Virus record (IMG/VR): IMGVR_UViG_3300043411_000939
Coordinates: 1-37,440 of that record
DNA: 37,440 bases
DNA from: a virus
Direction: 5' to 3' (one strand)
Under the pieces are notes generated by a model. It did no database searches, was not told where the DNA came from, and was given only the letters and a program-made list of their open reading frames with translations. Positions 30,939 to 37,440 of this stretch are shown piece by piece. The translations under genes and the position numbers were made by a program. Each line of letters opens with the position of its first letter. Positions within the stretch are counted from its first letter, which is position 1.

Positions 30939-33103
30939 GGTTTCCGCTCCGCTGAAATATTCCCGTAATTTTTTGGCTGGCCCGAGGTAAAGGTTTGGAT
31001 GTTGGCTTTCAAATAAAAGGTGGCCGGTACCGTTAACTGAAGCTGGAAGGGCGCGATTGTTGTAGATAGGTCGGTAAATGTCCCCGTGGCCACGTTCACA
31101 TTGTAAAGTCCGTTTACGCCAATCACACGCCCTGTTGTTGATGTCCCGGAATGGCTGGAAATCCACAATCGATAATCAACATCGGTAAAGGTGGCGGAGT
31201 TTCTATCAAGCATATTATGGCCCCATATATTCCATTTGCCTGGATAGAGAAGGATTTGAACAATGTCGGCGTTAGTGCCAGAGGCGGCGGTATCACTATT
31301 GCTCGTCGCAGAGGTCACAACAACACCGACCACGGCATTTTGCGGATCGGTGACGGTTCCGCTGACATTTGTGAGATAAACGGGCCCGGTTGTGTTTGTT
31401 AAATCAATATCCCCGTTAATGTTCTCAAACCGAAACCCGCCTTTGTGAAAATCGGTGACGTCGGCGTTAGCACTACTTATTGCATGCTGTAGGTTTGAGT
31501 TTTTAACGGTGATATAGGCACTCGCCCCGGTTCCGCCTGGTTCGATTTGGTTACTCCATGTGGCCGTTCCGACAACGCCCTGCGTATAGTTAACACTGTC
31601 AGCGGTTGTGTAGGATCCTCCGGTGCTGGATGGGTCATATAGACGCCATGAATTTTGGGATTCGATAGTCCAATCTTTCATCCTCATGTTTTTCGTTCCA
31701 AGATCGCGAATTACGAACCACCCGGCTACGGAGTCCGCGTCAACGATATGGATGTTCTCGGTAAACAATTGATAACTATTGACGTCGAAAATCGGAATTG
31801 TGCTGACATCAACTCTTTTTAGGAAAGAGGCGTTTTTGATGGTGATTTGGGCGGTTTCGCCTCCGGCCCCTGGAAAGTAAGAAGTCCACCACGGCTCTGG
31901 CATGGAATTGATGCGAACGCGGAGCCCATCAAAGGTAAGGTCCCGAATCCCCGACACGTATCCAATATAAATTCCCTTTCCGCCCTGGATATAGGTATCT
32001 CGAAACATAATATCGGTGATCCCATGCATGATGCTGGTACTCGTCATGGTGATGTTGTACCCGTAAGTGTTATCGAACATCTTGGTCCGATAAAACGACG
32101 AATAATAAAGCGTCTGGATCCAAATATTCCCGTAGTTGTTATAAAACTCCAAATCCTCGCATGTGATCCATTCGTTGTCACCCGTCCAAAAGATTAGCGC
32201 GTAACTGGTCCCGGCCACATTCGTAAGTCTGATATCCCGATAGGTGGCACGTTGGCTTCCGCTTGAGATAAGTACAGTTCCAGGAAGTGAATTCCCGTCG
32301 AGTGTCATTCCTGAAATATTGGCGGAACTTGTAATGGTGAAAATGTTACTGGCCCCGGAAGCCCGTTTTATAATGGTTTTTTCTTTACCCATCCCCATGA
32401 CCACCTGGGAAATCAGGGTGTTGGTTGATGTCACCATGTAGGTTCCGGCTGGAAATAACAGGGCTCGTTTGGTGGTTGACGATTGAATTAAGCAAGTGGC
32501 AATGGCCGACGTGTCATCGGTTGAACCGTCGCCTTTGGCGCCGCACTCTTTAACGTTTAAATAGCCGGGGCCACTCTTTTGGGTGATGCCGTCCGACCAA
32601 GTGACTTGATTGGAAATGGTGACGCTGGAAATGGTGGTGCTGGATAATTGGGTGACACCACTTGAAACAAGGCTATTTCTGACGGTCGCTGTCGAGAAGA
32701 TGGCGCGGTCGATTGTGCCGGAGGTGACATAGATCGTGCTGAACGTGTCAAACCCGGTATAGGTGTGATCGATTCCATAAAAGTTTTGATTGGTTGTTTC
32801 TGTGCCGGTTACTGAATTATAAAGCGATCCGTTAATAATGATCCCGGATGGCAATGACGGCGTATTGGTGAAGGTCGCCAAGTTGACGGAGAGAGAGGTC
32901 AATGTGCTGATCGACGCGCTTGGCGCGGTCATAAGCTGGGTGGACGTGCTGTAATTAAACAGCGGATCCCCGCCAAACACGCCGCGTTTGTTGTATTGGA
33001 TTGTGCTGTTCGTGCTACCGGGCTGCGTTGTCACACCTGTGATTTCGCATAACCCGGTAGCCGTCCAGCTCAAAAATGCTGTGAAAAGAAAAAGCTTTTT
33101 CAC
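30935..33103 (-). CDS. Tailspike / depolymerase with a right-handed beta-helix (pectate-lyase-3-like) domain and an N-terminal signal-like peptide
   Basis: YLNVKECGAKGDGSTDDTSAIATCL is the hallmark N-cap of pectate_lyase_3/tailspike beta-helices. The GTG start at 33103 has TAAGGA 5 nt upstream and gives MKKLFLFTAFLSWTATGLC. The ORF track extends it to 33217. Confidence 0.8.
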   Translation of the reverse strand: MKKLFLFTAFLSWTATGLCEITGVTTQPGSTNSTIQYNKRGVFGGDPLFNYSTSTQLMTAPSASISTLTSLSVNLATFTNTPSLPSGIIINGSLYNSVTGTETTNQNFYGIDHTYTGFDTFSTIYVTSGTIDRAIFSTATVRNSLVSSGVTQLSSTTISSVTISNQVTWSDGITQKSGPGYLNVKECGAKGDGSTDDTSAIATCLIQSSTTKRALLFPAGTYMVTSTNTLISQVVMGMGKEKTIIKRASGASNIFTITSSANISGMTLDGNSLPGTVLISSGSQRATYRDIRLTNVAGTSYALIFWTGDNEWITCEDLEFYNNYGNIWIQTLYYSSFYRTKMFDNTYGYNITMTSTSIMHGITDIMFRDTYIQGGKGIYIGYVSGIRDLTFDGLRVRINSMPEPWWTSYFPGAGGETAQITIKNASFLKRVDVSTIPIFDVNSYQLFTENIHIVDADSVAGWFVIRDLGTKNMRMKDWTIESQNSWRLYDPSSTGGSYTTADSVNYTQGVVGTATWSNQIEPGGTGASAYITVKNSNLQHAISSANADVTDFHKGGFRFENINGDIDLTNTTGPVYLTNVSGTVTDPQNAVVGVVVTSATSNSDTAASGTNADIVQILLYPGKWNIWGHNMLDRNSATFTDVDYRLWISSHSGTSTTGRVIGVNGLYNVNVATGTFTDLSTTIAPFQLQLTVPATFYLKANIQTFTSGQPKNYGNISAERKP

Positions 33104-33111
33104 GTTAATCC

Positions 33112-34422
33112 TTATTGCTCTTTCCCGTATATCCGAATGCCCAACGAAATCCCGCCGGATGTCGGACCGACAAAGTTCACGCGCAAATACCGATATGGGA
33201 AAGATCCGAAACTCCATAAGGTATTGCCCGCGCCTGAATAGGTCACTGACGAATACGTGACCGTGGGGAGGGCTGTGAAGTTTGAATTGTCATTGCTTGC
33301 TGACCAATAGAATCCGTTACCGGCGGCAAGTGCCAAGGCCAAGGGGCGAACGTCCATAGTGGCACCGTTGGCGATGCCGGTGATATCGATCTTAGTTCCC
33401 GCTTCCGCTGCGGATGCGTTTGCGGCCAGGGCGTATCTGTTTTCATTTAATTTGATGGCGAAATAAGTTGTCCCGCCAATGAGCCCAGATGGGATTGGTC
33501 CGGCTCCGCTGGGGGTTGATACCAGAACCTTTAACCCCGTTGTAAGGCCGTGACTGGTTTTGGTGAAGACATCGTTTTGGATGTCAACGTCGGAGGCCGA
33601 ACCACCGGGAAACCCGATGCTCGTCAAAAAGCCGGTCGTTGAACTTCCAAGCGAATAATTGCTGTATCCGGTGGACAAGGCCCGGAGAGTGACAAGGGCC
33701 ACGGAGGACGACGCCACCACTTGAGTGTTCAGCGTTGAATTGGCATTAATGGCGACCGTGATATTGTTGGCGGTTGTTTGACTGGATGAGTTCGCCCGGA
33801 AATCAACGCCTTCGGTTAAGGTCGTTCCGTTGATGGTGATGGTATGCTGATTAATCCCGCCTGTGAACGTGGACGCGCTGGTGGTTAAATAAACGTTATC
33901 TGTCGTCGTTGCTGGTAGCCCGTTCCCGATGGTTCCGACAACCGAATAACGAACTGTCACCGTTGAACCGGCTGAGGTGGCCTCGAAATCCGGGTGTGCG
34001 TTAATAATGTTTTTAAGGTTTGCGGCTGAAACGGTTGTGGAGGTAACAGCGCTCCATTGCACCCCTTCTCTAAAAACAATTCCACCCAAAATGACGGAAT
34101 CGCCGGAAACACCGGTCATGGAGGCAACGTTGATGGTAACGGATGCCTGCGTCGAGATCAGCGCATCGGAATTGCTGACAACGGTAATGGTAGAAATCGC
34201 CCGGCCACCACTATATATAGTATGCGATGACGGCGTTCCATCCCCATATACCGCTTGTGCTGAAAAAGATTCCCAATTTGAGACATCGATTGTTTGAGTA
34301 AAGTCAATTCCCTGCGCCGTTCGGCTTACTTCAAGACCTTCTTTTGCCTCTGCGTAAACGTTATCTATAAAAATCGGCACAAGGGCCGTCATAATCACTA
34401 CCAGACTTAGAACCTTTTTCAT
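33112..34422 (-). CDS. Surface/fibre-like beta-rich protein (436 aa) with an N-terminal signal peptide
   Basis: N-terminus MKKVLSLVVIMTALVPIFIDNVYAEA. Ser/Thr/Gly-rich body. The C-terminus ...YRYLRVNFVGPTSGGISLGIRIYGK resembles discoidin/CBM-type domain ends (weak). Confidence 0.65.
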   Translation of the reverse strand: MKKVLSLVVIMTALVPIFIDNVYAEAKEGLEVSRTAQGIDFTQTIDVSNWESFSAQAVYGDGTPSSHTIYSGGRAISTITVVSNSDALISTQASVTINVASMTGVSGDSVILGGIVFREGVQWSAVTSTTVSAANLKNIINAHPDFEATSAGSTVTVRYSVVGTIGNGLPATTTDNVYLTTSASTFTGGINQHTITINGTTLTEGVDFRANSSSQTTANNITVAINANSTLNTQVVASSSVALVTLRALSTGYSNYSLGSSTTGFLTSIGFPGGSASDVDIQNDVFTKTSHGLTTGLKVLVSTPSGAGPIPSGLIGGTTYFAIKLNENRYALAANASAAEAGTKIDITGIANGATMDVRPLALALAAGNGFYWSASNDNSNFTALPTVTYSSVTYSGAGNTLWSFGSFPYRYLRVNFVGPTSGGISLGIRIYGKEQ

Positions 34423-34446
34423 TTTTTATTCTCCCTGTACCTATTT

Positions 34447-34484
34447 CAAAAAATTGGTGGAGGTTTTTTTTGAAAAGAACCCCC
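34447..34484 (-). terminator. Possible terminator/attenuator after the capsid gene pair
   Basis: The minus strand reads GGGGGTT-cttttcaaaaa-AACCTCC (7 bp including 1 G.U; 34459..34484), followed by ACCAATTTTTT. Confidence 0.35.
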
Positions 34485-34507
34485 GAAAACTTTTTATCGA
34501 ATCGTCG

Positions 34508-34816
34508 TTAGACGTTCCGACCAATAATCGTCAACTTTGCTGTTGCATTCGTCCAGTCTGTCGCAGCGGTTCCAGCGGCGGCGGTTGTCACAACGGTGAT
34601 GACCAGCCCCGAGAAGGTCGCGAAGATTCCGGCCAATGCGGCGTCATAACCAGCGGTTAAGCGGGGAATGACATCCAGAATTTCACTAATGCCGTGAGAA
34701 GCAAGCGTGAGCGTCACGGTGTCAGAAGCCGACGCCGGAACGATGTCCAACGTAATGACTTTGTAATCACCGGAAAACTCAGTGGCTTTGTTAAACGTTC
34801 CTGTAATAGCACCCAT
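34508..34816 (-). CDS. Hypothetical head protein (102 aa), possible decoration protein
   Basis: Immediately downstream of the major capsid gene. Ala/Thr-rich with a beta-rich composition. Confidence 0.55.
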   Translation of the reverse strand: MGAITGTFNKATEFSGDYKVITLDIVPASASDTVTLTLASHGISEILDVIPRLTAGYDAALAGIFATFSGLVITVVTTAAAGTAATDWTNATAKLTIIGRNV

Positions 34817-34830
34817 AATTTTGTTCTCCT

Positions 34831-35964
34831 TTAGATCGTCGCGTAAGTGTCAACGGCGATGACACCAAACTCGGCGGCGGTAGACTTAGCGGCACCACTG
34901 GCGGAAAACACGGCTTTTTGAACGCCGCCAATGAAACTTCCCGCCACACCGTCTTTGTTTTTGTAGTCGAATTGTTCAACAACCAAGGCTTCCGGGTTGG
35001 AAGCTTCGGCCATCAAGACCGCTTGGCGACCGCACAAAAGAGCGCGAGCCACGTCAACGGCGCAATCGGTTCCGGTAGCTGCACCACGGAAGCTGTTTCC
35101 AGCAACCGACACATCCAACCAGGGAACAAACTCGTTTTCGAGCAACAGCACGTTGGACCAATAGCCCAAGGCACCACGGAACACGGGATTTTTATCGCTG
35201 CGAACCTTGGCGTTCTCTTGAGCTGTTTTCCAATCAGACGATTTGCGAATTTGGGCGGCTTGGAGTGGGTGGAGGTACATGACATAGAAGTCTTCACCGT
35301 CGCCAGCAATGCGTTGAATCTTCGGCGCGGCCAACGTCGCTTTTGTCGCGGCATCGGTCACGAGATCCAAGGTCATCGTGTGGGAAGAGGTCAAAGACGC
35401 TGTGGAAACGCCACCGGCATTCAAGTAACGCAAACGGGCGCCTGTGTAGGCTTCGTCTGCATCGGGAATGAAGTCGGGGGTGTTTGACCAAGTGGCGCGA
35501 GTACCAACAACGATTCCGTTCACATCGGTCAACGACGTGTTTGTCACGCCACCGAGTTTCAAGAAGATTTGCTGGGCCAAGAATTCTTTCATCCAGGTAC
35601 GGAGAACTTCGCGGGATGATTTGATCTGGTCATAAACAACTTTCTGCGCGTCTAATTTGCCTTTCAAGCGAACGGCATTGCGGATTTGGTCGATAGACAC
35701 CTGTTCGGAAAACGACAACATTGATTCTTCGTTTCCTTCAAGTTCATCGTCACCCGTCACACCGAACCCTGATAAGCGAGCAATCAAACCGAAGGTTTCG
35801 GTATCGCCTTTTTGTTTCATCAAATCCCGGTTGATTTGGACGACATTATTCTGATCTTCACCGGCAAATCTCATGATGCTTTCAACATCTCGCATCACGT
35901 CATCAAGTAGATCCTTCGCCCATAACTCTTGGCGAAGTGCGTCAATCGTTACTGTATTGGCCAT
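34831..35964 (-). CDS. Major capsid protein (HK97 fold, N4-gp56-like family)
   Basis: 377 aa. LWAKDLL...INRDLMKQKGDTETFGLIARLSGFGVTGDDELEGNEESM...IDQIRNAVRLKG matches the conserved N-terminal pattern of N4-gp56-type coat proteins. Follows the scaffold gene. Confidence 0.85.
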   Translation of the reverse strand: MANTVTIDALRQELWAKDLLDDVMRDVESIMRFAGEDQNNVVQINRDLMKQKGDTETFGLIARLSGFGVTGDDELEGNEESMLSFSEQVSIDQIRNAVRLKGKLDAQKVVYDQIKSSREVLRTWMKEFLAQQIFLKLGGVTNTSLTDVNGIVVGTRATWSNTPDFIPDADEAYTGARLRYLNAGGVSTASLTSSHTMTLDLVTDAATKATLAAPKIQRIAGDGEDFYVMYLHPLQAAQIRKSSDWKTAQENAKVRSDKNPVFRGALGYWSNVLLLENEFVPWLDVSVAGNSFRGAATGTDCAVDVARALLCGRQAVLMAEASNPEALVVEQFDYKNKDGVAGSFIGGVQKAVFSASGAAKSTAAEFGVIAVDTYATI

Positions 35965-35982
35965 TTGAGTGGCCTCCTAAAA

Positions 35983-37095
35983 TTAACCCCGCATGAGTCT
36001 GGCCATCTTTTCAGGATGATCTTTCTTGAATTTGTACCGATCCTCTGGATTCATTTTCAAAATATCTTTGATCGTTATGTCTTCAACTGAGACGACACGG
36101 CGACCACTGGATGATCCTGGCAAAGACGCGCTAGAAGCCCTGCGTTGGGTGTTCTCTTCTATTCGCTTCATCTGTTCCGGGGTTAAATGGCTCCCGTTGG
36201 CCTTCGGATCAACTTTAGGGGTGACTCCGTCATGGTCGGCGTGTTTGCCGTAGTTGGGATGCAATCGGCCCAATTCGTAACTGATCATGGGTCCGTTGTA
36301 AGCATCAAGATCGTACTTGTCGGCTGTGGCGGCTGCCGTTTGCAAATCTTTAATGAGGCGGATAACTTTCTCGCGTTTCCATTTCTCTGGGATTTGGTCA
36401 ACGTTTTGAACCAAATCAGCGGCGAGTCTTACCGTGTCGTCAAAATCTGGAATCGATGCCTGAGCGTATTCCTCTTGAATCTTTAACGCTTCAGAAACCT
36501 TGCTACTCCGTGAATTTAACTCCTCTTGCTGTTTATTCAAGGATTCCTGTTCGGCTTTTTGCATGGCCCGAAGTTGTTTCATGGTCAGCGGCCTATCTTC
36601 TGGATCGATCACGTTGCCGTCTGCGTCTTGCTCTAGCGGCGGTTGCTCGTTTGGGGTCATCCGCTGATCTTTCAGCAATTGAACCTCAAGGGCCAATCGG
36701 TCGCGTTCTTCCTGCGCGGCTTGGCGTTTGCGCCGTTCTTCTTTCATGCCGATATACATGGCCCGTTGTGGGGTCCCGTGTCCAAAGGCATCCAGAAACG
36801 CTTTCTCCTGCTCGGGTGTCTTAAACTTAAAATCTGGTACGGACGTTTCGAACTTCTTTTCAGGCGCAGATTGTGGCTTCTCTGTCTTCGGTTCAACCGA
36901 AGTCTCCGGTTTCTTTGCTTCCGGCTTTGCTTCATCCGTTGGTTTCGAGATCATCCCTCTTTTTTCCGCTGAATCAAGTTCGGCGTTTGACCATCCCTTG
37001 TCTTTTAATTCTCTCCGTGACGGAGTTTCAACCGCAGCTTTTGGCTCGGCTGTTGGTTCGGCTGCGACTTCTACCGTTGCGATTTCTTCATCCAT
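35983..37095 (-). CDS. Scaffolding protein (370 aa)
   Basis: Highly charged Glu/Lys/Pro-rich and coiled-coil sequence, located between the portal and the major capsid genes. Confidence 0.65.
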   Translation of the reverse strand: MDEEIATVEVAAEPTAEPKAAVETPSRRELKDKGWSNAELDSAEKRGMISKPTDEAKPEAKKPETSVEPKTEKPQSAPEKKFETSVPDFKFKTPEQEKAFLDAFGHGTPQRAMYIGMKEERRKRQAAQEERDRLALEVQLLKDQRMTPNEQPPLEQDADGNVIDPEDRPLTMKQLRAMQKAEQESLNKQQEELNSRSSKVSEALKIQEEYAQASIPDFDDTVRLAADLVQNVDQIPEKWKREKVIRLIKDLQTAAATADKYDLDAYNGPMISYELGRLHPNYGKHADHDGVTPKVDPKANGSHLTPEQMKRIEENTQRRASSASLPGSSSGRRVVSVEDITIKDILKMNPEDRYKFKKDHPEKMARLMRG

Positions 37096-37134
37096 GTTTT
37101 TCCATCCTCTTTCGGGTGTTCCCCGTGTTTATTT

Positions 37135-37440
37135 TCATCGTTTCGGATTAATCCATCCGCCTTTTCCGTTGTTCATGCCGCGATACCAGATTTGCTGTTT
37201 ATCGGCTTCGCCAATGATCAACGTTCCGTCGGGTGCTTCAAAATAACGCTGTGTCGGTGGTAGCTCTGCGAGCGTCTTTGGCTTCTCAACGGCCGCTGGA
37301 TCATTCTTATGTGACGCCTGTTTGATGTCTGCAAGCGTCAACGTCGGCACCGACTGGTGATCCGCTTTCTTTTCAGCCTTCAACACTTCTTTGTTTTCTT
37401 TTTTGATTTCTTTGGCATTGTGTTTTTCCTCGTGTTTATC
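37135..37440 (-). CDS. Hypothetical protein, 5' end truncated by the window edge (continues at 1..169 in the circular genome)
   Basis: The frame stays open beyond the GTG at 37386 used by the ORF track. The true ATG maps to 169..167 by the 127-bp identity. C-terminus: ...QQIWYRGMNNGKGGWINPKR. Confidence 0.6.
   Translation of the reverse strand, partial: DKHEEKHNAKEIKKENKEVLKAEKKADHQSVPTLTLADIKQASHKNDPAAVEKPKTLAELPPTQRYFEAPDGTLIIGEADKQQIWYRGMNNGKGGWINPKR
37314..37440. repeat. Second copy of the 127-bp terminal direct repeat
   Basis: Identical to 1..127. Confidence 0.95.

Noticed and set aside
34918-37246. Long plus-strand ORFs (34918..35487, 189 aa; 36728..37246, 172 aa; 36456..36824; and others) opposite the capsid and scaffold genes
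   Set aside because: They are antisense shadows of well-supported minus-strand structural genes. Their composition is Arg/Gly/Ser-rich or low complexity, and they lack ribosome-binding sites.

Overview
The window is a complete, circularly assembled genome of a tailed dsDNA phage. Bases 1..127 are identical to 37314..37440, so the unique length is about 37,313 bp. Coding density is very high, and many genes are joined by ATGA or TAATG stop/start overlaps.

Most genes lie on the minus strand, which reads as follows.
- An early/replication arm runs from 14462 down to 5217. It has an RNase H-like gene, an iteron origin with a Rep_3-like initiator, a RadC-like JAB protein, many Cys-rich miniproteins, a short Cre-like tyrosine recombinase and an orphan C5 cytosine methyltransferase.
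- A late arm starts at 4659 and continues through the circular junction. It encodes terS, terL, a P22-type portal, scaffold, an N4-gp56-like major capsid protein, three signal-peptide-bearing fibre/tailspike proteins, tail and internal virion proteins, and a lysis cassette with an M23 peptidase ending at 19616.

A 5-kb plus-strand block (14543..19619) is transcribed divergently. It carries RusA, a YqaJ exonuclease, RecT, a roughly 700-bp ORF-free G-rich region, and a string of translationally coupled small genes. No sheath, tube or tape-measure genes were seen, so the virion looks podovirus-like. No tRNA, rRNA, CRISPR array, IS element or reverse transcriptase was found.

The observations most worth following up are:
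1. A candidate large structured ncRNA at about 16900..17615.
2. A minimal class III nucleotidyl cyclase flanked by membrane proteins inside the lysis cassette.
3. A plasmid-type iteron origin with Rep and a Cre-like recombinase, suggesting a phage-plasmid lifestyle.
4. The palindrome TGATATCA found only in three intergenic regions.
5. A 550-nt untranslated leader ending in an intrinsic terminator 10 nt before terS.

All family assignments come from motifs read by eye. No database search was run.
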